A DNA stretch of 64,000 nucleotides, from the NCBI GenBank assembly GCA_003232385.1, contig QIJE01000006.1, positions 7,336 through 71,335 on the forward strand, read 5' to 3'. Below the pieces are notes generated by a model that searched no databases, was not told the DNA's origin, and worked only from the letters and a program-made list of their open reading frames with translations. The number at the start of each line of letters is the position of its first letter. Positions within the stretch are counted from its first letter, which is position 1. Below, in pieces: positions 10,519-20,392 of this stretch. The DNA is from a bacterium. GTDB lineage: Bacteria; SZUA-79; Acidulodesulfobacterales; Acidulodesulfobacteraceae. The position numbers were made by a program, and so were the translations under genes.

Positions 10519-11436
10519 TTAATTTATCCTTTCAGTAAGGTAATCTATAAATTCGATAAACATATCCGTTTCAGCCCCGGTTTTGCCTAAATAAAATATA
10601 GCTTTTTCATTATACTTTTTTATTAATTCCTTGGTTTTTTCTATTCCGATGTTTTCCGCAACCGTAAGTTTATTATTGGTTTTATCTATCCCGACCGTTT
10701 TTCCGATAATTTCCTTACTTCCGGTAATGCCCAGAACATCGTCGGTTAACTGAAAAGCCAATCCCACGCATGCCCCGAATTTTTTAAAATTATTTATGAC
10801 GTCGTCATCGTCGGAAGATAATATTGCCCCTGCGGCGCAAGCAGCGCTTATAAGGCTCGCAGTTTTTTTTTCGTTTATGTATTCGATCTTTTCTATATCT
10901 AAAGAAAACTTTCCGAATGAGTTAATATCGTGAAACTGTCCTTCCACAAGCCCACCCGCCCCTGCAGCGCAGGAAAGCTCCCTTATTACCGCGATAATTT
11001 TTTTCGGGTCGAACCCTTTAGAATATTCTCTATCCGATAGAATGGCAAAAGTTTCGGCAAGGAGGGCATCTCCGGCAAGTATCGCCGAAGCTTCCCCGAA
11101 TATTATATGATTCGTAGGCTTTCCTCTCCTTAGACTGTCGTTATCCATTGACGGAAGGTCGTCATGTATTAAGGAATAAGAATGTATAAATTCGAGAGAG
11201 GAAGCAAAAGGAATCAGTCTTTTTCTTTCGGAAAATCCAAGGCTGTCGGCGGTCATTAAGAGCATTACCGGCCTGATTCTTTTTCCGGGCATGGTCAAGG
11301 TGTATAACATCGTGTCGGTAAGCGAAAATTTGTTGTGGAGAAATTTTTTATCGTACTCTGTTTTATTAAAATAGGATTTTATGAAATCGTTAATCAGGTT
11401 TTTATTTGTCTCTATATACCGGTCTATGCCTTTCAT
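10519..11436 (-). CDS. ispA: Farnesyl/geranyl diphosphate synthase
   Basis: Two Asp-rich motifs, LIHDDLPSMDNDSLRRG and QLTDDVLG. Sits between xseB and dxs. Confidence 0.9.
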   Translation of the reverse strand: MKGIDRYIETNKNLINDFIKSYFNKTEYDKKFLHNKFSLTDTMLYTLTMPGKRIRPVMLLMTADSLGFSERKRLIPFASSLEFIHSYSLIHDDLPSMDNDSLRRGKPTNHIIFGEASAILAGDALLAETFAILSDREYSKGFDPKKIIAVIRELSCAAGAGGLVEGQFHDINSFGKFSLDIEKIEYINEKKTASLISAACAAGAILSSDDDDVINNFKKFGACVGLAFQLTDDVLGITGSKEIIGKTVGIDKTNNKLTVAENIGIEKTKELIKKYNEKAIFYLGKTGAETDMFIEFIDYLTERIN

Positions 11437-11699
11437 AAATTCAGTTGTTCGGTACTTAAGGAGGCTTGAATTCCGTCATTATTTTTCACGGTCAACTCTT
11501 CTACCTTTTTTTCGGCGGAATTGAGTTTTTTAATGAGATAATCCGAATATTTTATGCCTTCTTCATAAACCCTGATAGAATCTTCAAGTCCGAGGTCTCC
11601 TTTTTCGAGACTTAGTACGTTCTCTTCTAATTTTTTGAGGGCCTCTTCAAAAGTTAAAGCATTTATATTCTTACCCGCATCTTTATCTTCCGTGTTCAT
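11433..11699 (-). CDS. xseB: Exodeoxyribonuclease VII small subunit
   Basis: 88 aa. FEEALKKLEENVLSLEKGDLGLEDSIRVYEEG is typical of XseB. 4-nt overlap with ispA. Confidence 0.85.
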   Translation of the reverse strand: MNTEDKDAGKNINALTFEEALKKLEENVLSLEKGDLGLEDSIRVYEEGIKYSDYLIKKLNSAEKKVEELTVKNNDGIQASLSTEQLNL

Positions 11700-11869
11700 G
11701 TCTTAAATTATAAGATAAACAAAAAAAATTTTCAACATAACTTTAAAAAAAATTTAAAAAACATATTGAAAAAAATAAATCTATTTTGTATTATTAAACT
11801 ATTATTAAATTTATTAAATAATAAAGGAAATAAGCGTAAAAAATAAAAAATTTTGGAGAGGAGGTTAAA

Positions 11870-12205
11870 ATGTCTATAATTACTTCGATCTTGACACTTA
11901 AGGGTCTTTTTTATTTACTCGTTGCCGCCGGTGCAATAATAATGTTTGCGAATATGGTTATAGCGGCTTCCCTAAAAAATAGAGTGCCGGGGGGATTTGT
12001 CGGTAAATGGCTCACTATAATGTGGGTATTTATGTTTTTTTTCTTTTTGGCGGAAGCCGGTGCATTTTTCTTTATTAAATCCCTTAAAAATATGGCTTTA
12101 TCCTATTTTATTATAGGTTTAGTGCTGTTTTTCGGGTCTATATTTATAGTAGTGGTCAACAGATTTATGTATCATTTAATTAAAGAGTTAGAGGTTCACA
12201 AATAA
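11870..12205 (+). CDS. Small integral membrane protein, function unknown
   Basis: 111 aa with about 3 hydrophobic helices. Strong SD (GGAGAGGAGG) upstream of the ATG. Confidence 0.5.
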   Translation: MSIITSILTLKGLFYLLVAAGAIIMFANMVIAASLKNRVPGGFVGKWLTIMWVFMFFFFLAEAGAFFFIKSLKNMALSYFIIGLVLFFGSIFIVVVNRFMYHLIKELEVHK

Positions 12206-12282
12206 AAACGGCATAATTAAATTTATCTATGCCGCATGTAGGGAGTTTGTTTTTAATTTAAACTTAATAAGGGTTTGCCATA

Positions 12283-13233
12283 ATGGACGTAAAAGGTAGC
12301 ATAACAAATCTGGAGCTTTTTGACGTATTAAAATTTTTAGAAATTTCGAAAAAAACAGGTGTACTTAACCTGAGATTTGAGAATTTTGCGGCAAAGCTCT
12401 TCATAGAAGAAGGGATGTTATATTTCCTTTCCATTTCCGATAATAATATTCTAGAAAAATTAGTAGTTAAATTGCTTAATATGAGTAAGCAGGAATATCT
12501 TCAAGTGCTGGAAAAATATAGGACGTACTATAAAACAACGGCAGGTTTCGATATCTATTTTCTCAAATCCGATACCATACCTAAGGCAAAGGAGCATGAG
12601 TTTACGTCAAATTATATATCCGATACGCTAAACTATATACTTTTTTTAACCAACGGAGAATTTGCTTTCGACGAAAAACCGTTGCCCGACGTTATAAATT
12701 TTGCTCAGCCTATGAATTTATCGCCTATACTGATGGGTTGCAAAAAAAGGCGTGACGAACTTGCCGTAATGGCTAAAATTATCCCGTCAAAGAATTATGT
12801 TCCGATCATAGTTACAAATAGAAGCGGCAATTTAAGGCCGTTATCGCTTACCCCGGCGATATGGAACGTGCTTTCATTGGTAAACGGGAAAGAGAATATC
12901 AATCAAATACTTGCTTTATCTGTGGAAAATGATTTCTTTGTGTTCAAAACGCTCTATAATCTCTTGCAAAGCGGCTATATAAAGCTTGAGCCTCCCAGGA
13001 ATGAAACTGCTAAGGTATACGACATAGTGAGTTCTATTAAAAAAATATTAAGAGAGCAACTCGGCAGCAAAGCGGATAAGGTGCCGGTCGATTTTAACGG
13101 CTTAAATAAAGGAGATAAACAGTCTTTGATAAAGGTTACCCAGGACATAGAAAGATATGTCTATATGTTCATAGATGATAAAAAGGCGGCTAAAATAGAC
13201 TATCTTTTAAAACAATTGTTGATGAGTATTTAA
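12283..13233 (+). CDS. DUF4388 (PATAN-like) domain protein
   Basis: The N-terminus GSITNLELFDVLKFLEISKKTGVLNL...LFIEEGMLYF matches the DUF4388 pattern as I remember it. The rest is unrecognised. Confidence 0.55.
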   Translation: MDVKGSITNLELFDVLKFLEISKKTGVLNLRFENFAAKLFIEEGMLYFLSISDNNILEKLVVKLLNMSKQEYLQVLEKYRTYYKTTAGFDIYFLKSDTIPKAKEHEFTSNYISDTLNYILFLTNGEFAFDEKPLPDVINFAQPMNLSPILMGCKKRRDELAVMAKIIPSKNYVPIIVTNRSGNLRPLSLTPAIWNVLSLVNGKENINQILALSVENDFFVFKTLYNLLQSGYIKLEPPRNETAKVYDIVSSIKKILREQLGSKADKVPVDFNGLNKGDKQSLIKVTQDIERYVYMFIDDKKAAKIDYLLKQLLMSI

Positions 13234-13234
13234 T

Positions 13235-14107
13235 ATGAGAGAACAAATTTTTTCCGGTATTTTCGGTTACGATATAAAATATTCCCTCTCTCCGGTAATA
13301 CAGAACACGATGTCGAGACTTGCAGGCGTGAATCTCTGTTACGGTAGATTTGATGTCCCTCCCGAAAAGTTTACGGTAGCATTTAACGGTTTTAAGGCTC
13401 TTAAGATAAAGGGCGCAAATATTACGCAGCCGTATAAGGTAAATGTTTTAGACCATATAGATCGTTTAAGCGGAGATGCCGAGCTTATCGGTTCCGTCAA
13501 TACCGTAAATTTAGAAAAAGACGGCGGTTATAGCGGTTATAATACCGACGTAATCGGTTTTATAAAGGCCGTAAAATATGAATTTAAGGAAGGATTAAAA
13601 GATAAAAAAATCACGGTTTTAGGGGCAGGTGGGGCTTCCAGGGCGATAATATATGCATTGATAAAAGAATCGGCGAAGGACGTATTGATTATTAATCGAA
13701 ACATAGAAAAAGCCATGATGCTTAAGGAGGATGCGGAAATTTGGAAAAGGGTTTTGCAATCAGGTTCAACGGTTATCTATTCAGGTTTTAATTTAGATAA
13801 TGCTTTGAGCAGGGCTGTGTTTGAAAATAGTGATATTATTGTCAATACCGTGACACCTTCAAGCGAAAGCGGTGAATTAATCAAACAATTTTTTTTAGAA
13901 AATTTATCTGACAAGAAATCCTTACCGTTGTTGATGGATATCTCTTATTCTGCTGAAGCGGCTCGACTTTTGAATAGCATAGGAAAGAAAACATCAATGT
14001 CCGTTAACGGACTTTCCATGCTTTTTTTTCAAGCTATAGAAAGTTTTTATATATGGACCGGTGAAAGAATTGATTTTAACGCTCTCAAAGAAGCATTGCC
14101 CGTCTGA
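13235..14107 (+). CDS. aroE: Shikimate dehydrogenase
   Basis: SLSPVIQN, GANITQPYK, GSVNTV, GYNTDVIGF and the NAD(P) loop GAGGASRA. Confidence 0.85.
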   Translation: MREQIFSGIFGYDIKYSLSPVIQNTMSRLAGVNLCYGRFDVPPEKFTVAFNGFKALKIKGANITQPYKVNVLDHIDRLSGDAELIGSVNTVNLEKDGGYSGYNTDVIGFIKAVKYEFKEGLKDKKITVLGAGGASRAIIYALIKESAKDVLIINRNIEKAMMLKEDAEIWKRVLQSGSTVIYSGFNLDNALSRAVFENSDIIVNTVTPSSESGELIKQFFLENLSDKKSLPLLMDISYSAEAARLLNSIGKKTSMSVNGLSMLFFQAIESFYIWTGERIDFNALKEALPV

Positions 14108-14211
14108 TTAATTTTATGTTTATAGTTTGTATGGTAAAATAAAAATGCGGGACATTGCCATGGAGTGAATGAGGGAATTAAATAAATCATTAAAGACAAG
14201 ATAATTTAGCT

Positions 14212-16062
14212 ATGAGCAACGATTTTATGTCATCCGTTAATTTACCGAAAGAGAGATTAGGGGAGATCCTATTAAAGCGCGGTATCGTAAAAAAGGATGA
14301 TATATCTAACGCATTACTGATCCAAGAAAGGGCAAGATTAGGGATAGCCAAGGGCGAAAGGCTTAAAGATCTAAAGCTCGGCGAGATTCTTGTAAAAAGC
14401 GGTATAATAACAAACGATGAACTTAGTATAGCGTTGGGAGAACAAAGCCGTGCCGGCGGCAGTATAAGCGGGCAACTTACAAAACTCGGTTTTATAAAAG
14501 ATTCGGAGCTTGTCTCTTTTTTGTCTAAAGAATTTGGGGCGGCAACGGTTAATTTACTTGAAGGAGAGATTCCTGAAAGTATAATAAAACTCATCCCCCC
14601 CGATTTAGCCGTTAGATTACAAGTAGTACCGTTTAAAAGGCAGGGGAATACCCTGTATCTTGCGATATCCGACCCCACTAAACTTGAGGCTTTAGACGAC
14701 ATAAAGTTTTTAACGGGACTTAATGTAGAAATAGTCGTTGCCTCGGAAAACGAAATTGCCTCGGCATTATCTAAATATTATAATGCATCAAGTATTCTTA
14801 CCGAAAATAAAGATTATCTCAATTCTATCGCTATTGAAGAAACCAACGAAGAATTAGATATTTCGGAACTGCAAAGGTCATCTTCCGAACAGCCTATCAT
14901 AAAATTCGTCAACAAGGTTCTTTTAGATGCCGTTAAGATAGGAGCCAGTGATGTCCACGTAGAACCGTATGAATCTATAATAAGAATAAGATATCGTATA
15001 GACGGAAAATTAATGGAGCAGATGAAAATACCCGGAAATCTCAAAAATCCTATAATTTCAAGATTAAAAATTATGTCTCAGCTTGATATAGCAGAGAGAA
15101 GGCTGCCCCAGGATGGACGAATCAAGGCAAAGATAGATAATAGAGAGGTAGATATGAGAGTATCGTGTCTTCCGACGCTTTTTGGAGAAAAAATAGCTAT
15201 AAGGATTTTAGATAAATCAGTCCTTCAGCTTGATATGAAAAAATTAGGATTTTCAGAAACACAGCTTAAAGATTTTAAAACGGCTATATATAAGCCATAC
15301 GGCATAATACTTGTTACCGGACCTACCGGTTCGGGGAAGACAACCACTCTTTATAGCGCACTTTCCGAATTAAATAAGTCGGATGTAAACATTTCTGCGG
15401 CAGAAGACCCGGTAGAATATGAGATGCAAGGTATCAATCAGGTACTTGTCAACGAAGAGATAGGTCTGACCTTTGCTCAGGCGTTAAGGTCGTTTTTAAG
15501 GCAGGATCCGGATATAATTATGGTAGGCGAAATTAGAGACTTAGAGACGGCGGAAATTGCTATCAAGGCTGCGCTTACAGGGCACTTAGTACTTTCTACG
15601 ATACATACCAACAATGCTTCCGCCACTATATCAAGGCTTATCAACATGAATGTAGAACAATTCCTCATCGCTTCCAGTTTGAATTTAATAATAGCACAGA
15701 GATTAGTCAGAAAGTTGTGCAACGAATGCAAGGAACCCTATTATCCCGATATTAAAACCTTAACCGGTTTGGGGTTTTTAGATTCGGATATTGCTAAGGT
15801 TAGGTTTTATAGAGCGAAGGGGTGTTCCGTTTGTAACAAAACCGGTTATAAGGGCAGGATTGCTATATATGAAGTGCTAAAGGTAGGCGATGATATTAAG
15901 AATAAAATATATAAAAATGCTAATGAATTTGAAATAGAGAAGCTTGCGGTAAAAAACGGAATGAAAACATTGAAAGAATCGGCAAAAGATAAGTTTTTAG
16001 ATGGAATTACGTCCTTAGAAGAAATTATTCAATATATGGGCGGAATGGATATAAGCGTTTAA
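14212..16062 (+). CDS. pilB: Type IV pilus assembly (extension) ATPase
   Basis: N-terminal T2SSE_N/MshEN-like repeats, Walker A GPTGSGKTTT, Walker B IIMVGEIRD, His box, tetracysteine CNECK...CSVC. Confidence 0.9.
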   Translation: MSNDFMSSVNLPKERLGEILLKRGIVKKDDISNALLIQERARLGIAKGERLKDLKLGEILVKSGIITNDELSIALGEQSRAGGSISGQLTKLGFIKDSELVSFLSKEFGAATVNLLEGEIPESIIKLIPPDLAVRLQVVPFKRQGNTLYLAISDPTKLEALDDIKFLTGLNVEIVVASENEIASALSKYYNASSILTENKDYLNSIAIEETNEELDISELQRSSSEQPIIKFVNKVLLDAVKIGASDVHVEPYESIIRIRYRIDGKLMEQMKIPGNLKNPIISRLKIMSQLDIAERRLPQDGRIKAKIDNREVDMRVSCLPTLFGEKIAIRILDKSVLQLDMKKLGFSETQLKDFKTAIYKPYGIILVTGPTGSGKTTTLYSALSELNKSDVNISAAEDPVEYEMQGINQVLVNEEIGLTFAQALRSFLRQDPDIIMVGEIRDLETAEIAIKAALTGHLVLSTIHTNNASATISRLINMNVEQFLIASSLNLIIAQRLVRKLCNECKEPYYPDIKTLTGLGFLDSDIAKVRFYRAKGCSVCNKTGYKGRIAIYEVLKVGDDIKNKIYKNANEFEIEKLAVKNGMKTLKESAKDKFLDGITSLEEIIQYMGGMDISV

Positions 16063-16142
16063 CGTAGATTCATGGTAAGGCAAATGAGTCGTTATGCTGT
16101 AATTATTAGATAACTATGAATACAAATAAAGGAAGGTAGCGT

Positions 16143-17348
16143 ATGCCGTTTATTATTGATTTATTAAAAATTACCGTTAGTAAAGGGGCATCAGACCTTC
16201 ATCTAGCGGTAGGATCACCTCCCCAAGTAAGGATCAGGGGGTCGTTGGTTCCGTTGGATTTTCCCGTGTTTACGCCTGCAGATACGCAAGGGCTTTGTTA
16301 TAGCGTTATTACGGATATGCAGAAAAAAAAGTTCGAAGAAACACATGAGTTGGATTTTTCGTTCAGTCAGGAGGGCGTTTCAAGGTTTAGGGCTAATTTA
16401 TATTACGATAGGGGCGCCGTTGCGGGGGCATTCAGGGTTATACCGCATGAAATTCCCACTATCGACGCGTTGGGTCTCCCCCCTATGATTAGGGAAGTCA
16501 TTAAGGCACCGAGAGGATTTGTTTTGGTAACCGGTCCGACCGGCTCAGGCAAAACTACCACGCTTGCCGCAATGATAGATGCTATAAATCAGAGTAGGCA
16601 TGAACACATAATAACTATTGAAGACCCTATAGAATATATTTTTTCTCATAAGAGTTGCCTCGTAAATCAAAGAGAAATAGGGCAGGATTCAAGCAGTTTT
16701 TCAGAAGCTTTAAGGCATATATTAAGAGAAGACCCGAACGTGGTTCTCGTAGGTGAAATAAGAGATATGGAGACTATGGAAGGAGCCCTCACCATTGCCG
16801 AAACCGGACATCTTACATTCGGTACCCTGCACACAAACTCTGCCGTTCAGACGATAAGCAGGGTTATAGATATATTTCCTCCCAATCAGCAGCCGGAAGT
16901 AAGATCGTCGCTTTCGCTTTCGCTTGTGGCGGTTTTATCGCAGGCGCTTATTCCAAGATGCGACACTACCGGCAGGGTGCTTGCGGCAGAATTAATGATA
17001 CCGAATGCAGCTATCAGAAATCTGATAAGAGAGAATAAGATTCATCAGATTTATTCTCAGCTCCAACTCGGGCAGGAAAAGTATGGAATGCAGACACTAA
17101 ATCAGGCATTGGCTTCATTGGTTAATAAGGGGATAATAAGTGAGGAAGACGCATACAACAGATCGTCGGATGTAGAAGAATTGAAGCAGACTATAAGCTC
17201 AGGACTTATATCGAAAGGGGGTCTGACGGGAGTAGTAAGGGGGGATGGAGTAGGCGATATCAATAATTCCGCTATCGGTGCTATGGACAATAGGTCTGAC
17301 GGCGGTAACAATAAGCCCTTTTCGGGCATAGATTTCGGTAATTTATAA
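16143..17348 (+). CDS. pilT: Type IV pilus retraction ATPase with a 50-aa Gly/Asp/Asn-rich C-terminal tail
   Basis: GPTGSGKTTT, VVLVGEIRD, GHLTFGTLHT and the PilT signature AIRNLIRE. 401 aa. Confidence 0.9.
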   Translation: MPFIIDLLKITVSKGASDLHLAVGSPPQVRIRGSLVPLDFPVFTPADTQGLCYSVITDMQKKKFEETHELDFSFSQEGVSRFRANLYYDRGAVAGAFRVIPHEIPTIDALGLPPMIREVIKAPRGFVLVTGPTGSGKTTTLAAMIDAINQSRHEHIITIEDPIEYIFSHKSCLVNQREIGQDSSSFSEALRHILREDPNVVLVGEIRDMETMEGALTIAETGHLTFGTLHTNSAVQTISRVIDIFPPNQQPEVRSSLSLSLVAVLSQALIPRCDTTGRVLAAELMIPNAAIRNLIRENKIHQIYSQLQLGQEKYGMQTLNQALASLVNKGIISEEDAYNRSSDVEELKQTISSGLISKGGLTGVVRGDGVGDINNSAIGAMDNRSDGGNNKPFSGIDFGNL

Positions 17349-17370
17349 GTTTGCTAATAGGAGCGATAAA

Positions 17371-18597
17371 ATGGCTACTTATCTTTGGAGAGGGAAAAAA
17401 ACACATACCGGGGAATATTTAAGAGGGACTATTACCGCCCAGAATCCCGAACAAGTAATAGAAGAGATACGGAAAATGGGTATTTATCCTATAAACGTTA
17501 AGAAAAAGAACGAGTTTTTCACGTTAAGCCTTAAGGGAGTGAAGGAAGTAGGTGCTAAAACCAAAATTAGCGACAGCGATCTTATAATGTTTACAAGGCA
17601 ATTTTCTTCCCTTATAGATTCCGGCGTTCCGATACTTCAAGGTCTGTTGATAATGATAGAACAACAGAAAAATAAAGAATTGAAGGGCATATTGACAAAA
17701 ATAAAGGAAGGGATTGAGAGTGGAGCGTCTTTATCTGACAGTCTTAGAAAATTCCCTAGGGTTTTTAATGATTTATATGTAAATCTTGTGGAATCCGGCG
17801 AGAAGGGTGGAGTTTTAGACAAAGTTTTTAAAAGATTAGCAACATACTTCGAAAAAATACTTAAATTGAAAAGAAAAATAAAAGGGGCGATGATATACCC
17901 TATCGCTGTTCTAAGCGTTGCCGTTGCCGTTATTGTTATTCTTATGACCTTTGTCATACCGGTATTTGCAAACCTGTTTGCAAGCGTCGGCGCAAAATTG
18001 CCTGCCCTTACAAGAGAGGTTATAGCCTTCTCAGATTTTATGAGGGCTTATATATTATATATAATAATTGCCGCCGCCATAATTATTTTTGCGGTGAAGG
18101 CATATCGGAAAAAGGAAAGCGGCAAGAGAAATATAGACAGAATTATACTTAGAATTCCGCTTGTAGGCGCTTTATTTAAAAAGGTGGCTATAGCGAGATT
18201 CGCAAGAACTCTTTCCACTATGGTTGAAAGCGGTGTGCCTATACTTGCCGGATTGGAAATAGTTTCCAAGACGAGCGGCAATAAAATTATCGAAGAATCC
18301 CTCATGCAGACGAAAGAGGATGTTTCCTCCGGTTCTCCTTTGAGTGCGGCACTGAATAAAACTAAACTGTTTCCGCCCCTTGTTATTCAAATGATTATGG
18401 TGGGAGAAAAAACCGGAAATCTTGATGCCATGCTTGCTAAGGTTGCCGATTATTACGACGAAGAGGTAGATAATGCCGTTAACAATCTGACTCAGATGTT
18501 AGAGCCTGCGTTGATAGTATTTCTCGGAATAGTCGTAGGGACTCTCGTCGTAGCGATGTATCTGCCGATATTTAATCTAGGAAAAGCCATCAAGTGA
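17371..18597 (+). CDS. pilC: Type IV pilus platform protein (GspF/PilC family)
   Basis: 408 aa with two T2SSF-type repeats and hydrophobic helices. Follows pilB-pilT. Confidence 0.9.
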   Translation: MATYLWRGKKTHTGEYLRGTITAQNPEQVIEEIRKMGIYPINVKKKNEFFTLSLKGVKEVGAKTKISDSDLIMFTRQFSSLIDSGVPILQGLLIMIEQQKNKELKGILTKIKEGIESGASLSDSLRKFPRVFNDLYVNLVESGEKGGVLDKVFKRLATYFEKILKLKRKIKGAMIYPIAVLSVAVAVIVILMTFVIPVFANLFASVGAKLPALTREVIAFSDFMRAYILYIIIAAAIIIFAVKAYRKKESGKRNIDRIILRIPLVGALFKKVAIARFARTLSTMVESGVPILAGLEIVSKTSGNKIIEESLMQTKEDVSSGSPLSAALNKTKLFPPLVIQMIMVGEKTGNLDAMLAKVADYYDEEVDNAVNNLTQMLEPALIVFLGIVVGTLVVAMYLPIFNLGKAIK

Positions 18598-20369
18598 TGA
18601 AAAAAGATAATAAAAAGGCTTATAAGGGTTTATATGATAAAATAAAATTTACAATAATCTTTAGGCTCCTTGCCTTTCCGACAATAATACTTGCATATGT
18701 TTTAATTAATTTTAGATATATAAACCATTATAAGTTTTTTGTTTATTTTCTTATAGCCTTCATAATATTTTTAAGTATTACTTATTCCTTAGCCCTCCTT
18801 TATTTCAAAAAGAAAGAAAATTTATCATATTTAATCTACTTGGGATTCATTCAACTGTTTATCGATTTTATCTTAATATCCGTTGTAGTATTGTTTAACG
18901 GCGGCTTAGACGGCAAATTTATATTCTTATACTATTTGTTGGTACTTATTTCAGGATTTATTTTTTTAAGAAAGGGAGTAATGATATTCGGAGTAGCGTC
19001 GGCGGTAGCCATAGGTATATCTGCGGATATGCAGTACTATTTCAATATTGGGCGTCATGCCTATTTTTTATCAAGCCCCGATAAGCTTTTATTCTTAACC
19101 AGCCTCAATATACTCGGCGTTTTGATATTCAGCTGGCTTTTGTACCATTTTTCTGGAGAGCTAGATATTTTAAGCGGCAGAATAGTAGAGAGAGATGAAT
19201 TCATAAGGAAATCGCAAAATTTTAATAGAGAATTATTTAACAGTTTTTCTCAGGGAATTATCGTATTAGGCGAATGCGGCAAAATCATTTTTATGAATAA
19301 AGCTGCTATTCAAATGCTTGAACCGGATTCCGAAAATAGGGCGTTTCGTGATAAAGCCGGTATTTTATATAATTTTAATATGAAAATAACCGATATTTTT
19401 GAAAATTTTCCATTAGGTGCTACACATGAAATGCATAAAAACAGAACCACAACCGAAACGAAAAACGACAGAGGCGAAAATGCATTGAAAAGGTTTGAGT
19501 TAAAATATAAAGATATGATTTTAGGATTCTCTGAGACAAAGTTAGAGAACAAGGAGTATAAAACCGGTAAATTTATCTTCTTGTTTAGAGATATAACTTA
19601 TATAAAACAATTAGAGATGGAATCGAAAATAAATGAGGGGTTGGCTACTGCCGGAAAGCTTGCGGGATGGTTGGCCCATGAGATAAGAAATCCCCTTGCA
19701 GCGCTAAATACATCTGCATACGTTTTAAATACGGAAAATATATCCTTCGGCGGTAGTGATTATAAAAAATTAACGGGCATAATAAAAATCGAAGCGCAGA
19801 GGTTGGATAACTTGGTGAACGATTTCTTAGGGTTCGTTAAAGTGAAATCAAAAAATGTAAGCGGCAGCGCTAATTTTGAAAATTTTAACCTATTTTTATT
19901 GGCGGAGGATTTGATACGAGGGTTTATGGATTCTATCGCAAATTGCTGCAGCGAAAAGGCGGAAATAAAAATACATAACAGCATCAACAAAAAAATAAAC
20001 GTGTTTTCCGAAAAAAGCAGGGTCAGACACGTGTTATTGAATGTCATGCAAAATGCTGTACAATCAACCAAAAAGACTATACTTGCAGGCAAGAAGGAAT
20101 TTAGGACGGGTATTATCAGATTGGGTTCAAAGGTAGTTGAAAAAACGGGAAATAAAAGATATGTTTCTATAAGTGTTTCCGACAACGGCGAAGGTATGGA
20201 TGATTTTACGTTAAAAAATGCCTTTAAACCTCTTTTTACTACCAAGAAAGACGGATTTGGGCTTGGCTTATCGCTTGTTTATTCAATAACGGAAAGCCTC
20301 AATGGAGAGATAGAGGCTATAAGCAGGGTTAACAGGGGGACATTAATAAGGATAAGCATTCCTTGTTAA
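18594..20369 (+). CDS. pilS: PilS-like polytopic sensor histidine kinase
   Basis: About 6 N-terminal TM helices, a PAS-like middle, H-box LAHEIRNPL, HATPase_c (DNGEGMD, GFGLGLSL). ATGA overlap with pilC. Confidence 0.7.
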   Translation: MMKKDNKKAYKGLYDKIKFTIIFRLLAFPTIILAYVLINFRYINHYKFFVYFLIAFIIFLSITYSLALLYFKKKENLSYLIYLGFIQLFIDFILISVVVLFNGGLDGKFIFLYYLLVLISGFIFLRKGVMIFGVASAVAIGISADMQYYFNIGRHAYFLSSPDKLLFLTSLNILGVLIFSWLLYHFSGELDILSGRIVERDEFIRKSQNFNRELFNSFSQGIIVLGECGKIIFMNKAAIQMLEPDSENRAFRDKAGILYNFNMKITDIFENFPLGATHEMHKNRTTTETKNDRGENALKRFELKYKDMILGFSETKLENKEYKTGKFIFLFRDITYIKQLEMESKINEGLATAGKLAGWLAHEIRNPLAALNTSAYVLNTENISFGGSDYKKLTGIIKIEAQRLDNLVNDFLGFVKVKSKNVSGSANFENFNLFLLAEDLIRGFMDSIANCCSEKAEIKIHNSINKKINVFSEKSRVRHVLLNVMQNAVQSTKKTILAGKKEFRTGIIRLGSKVVEKTGNKRYVSISVSDNGEGMDDFTLKNAFKPLFTTKKDGFGLGLSLVYSITESLNGEIEAISRVNRGTLIRISIPC

Positions 20370-20392
20370 ACCGTTAATCTATTTTTTTTGAA

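Noticed and set aside
14108-14211. Sigma-54 (-24 GG / -12 GC) promoter upstream of pilB and in other intergenic regions, expected because two enhancer-binding proteins are encoded
   Set aside because: TGG...GC pairs seen here (TGGTAAAATAAAAATGC) and near 22594 have the wrong GG-GC spacing. No convincing TGGCAC-N5-TTGC was found by eye. A matrix scan would be needed for certainty.
14190-14702. 170-aa minus-strand ORF inside pilB. Similar long antisense ORFs occur at 25345-25932 in infB, 19760-20245 in pilS, 31187-31582 in pnp, 41853-42608 in the ABC ATPase gene and 60001-60399 in murT.
   Set aside because: Each lies wholly within a confidently identified gene on the opposite strand. Their composition is low-complexity and Ser/Ile/Leu/Phe-rich with no motifs, which is typical of shadow ORFs.
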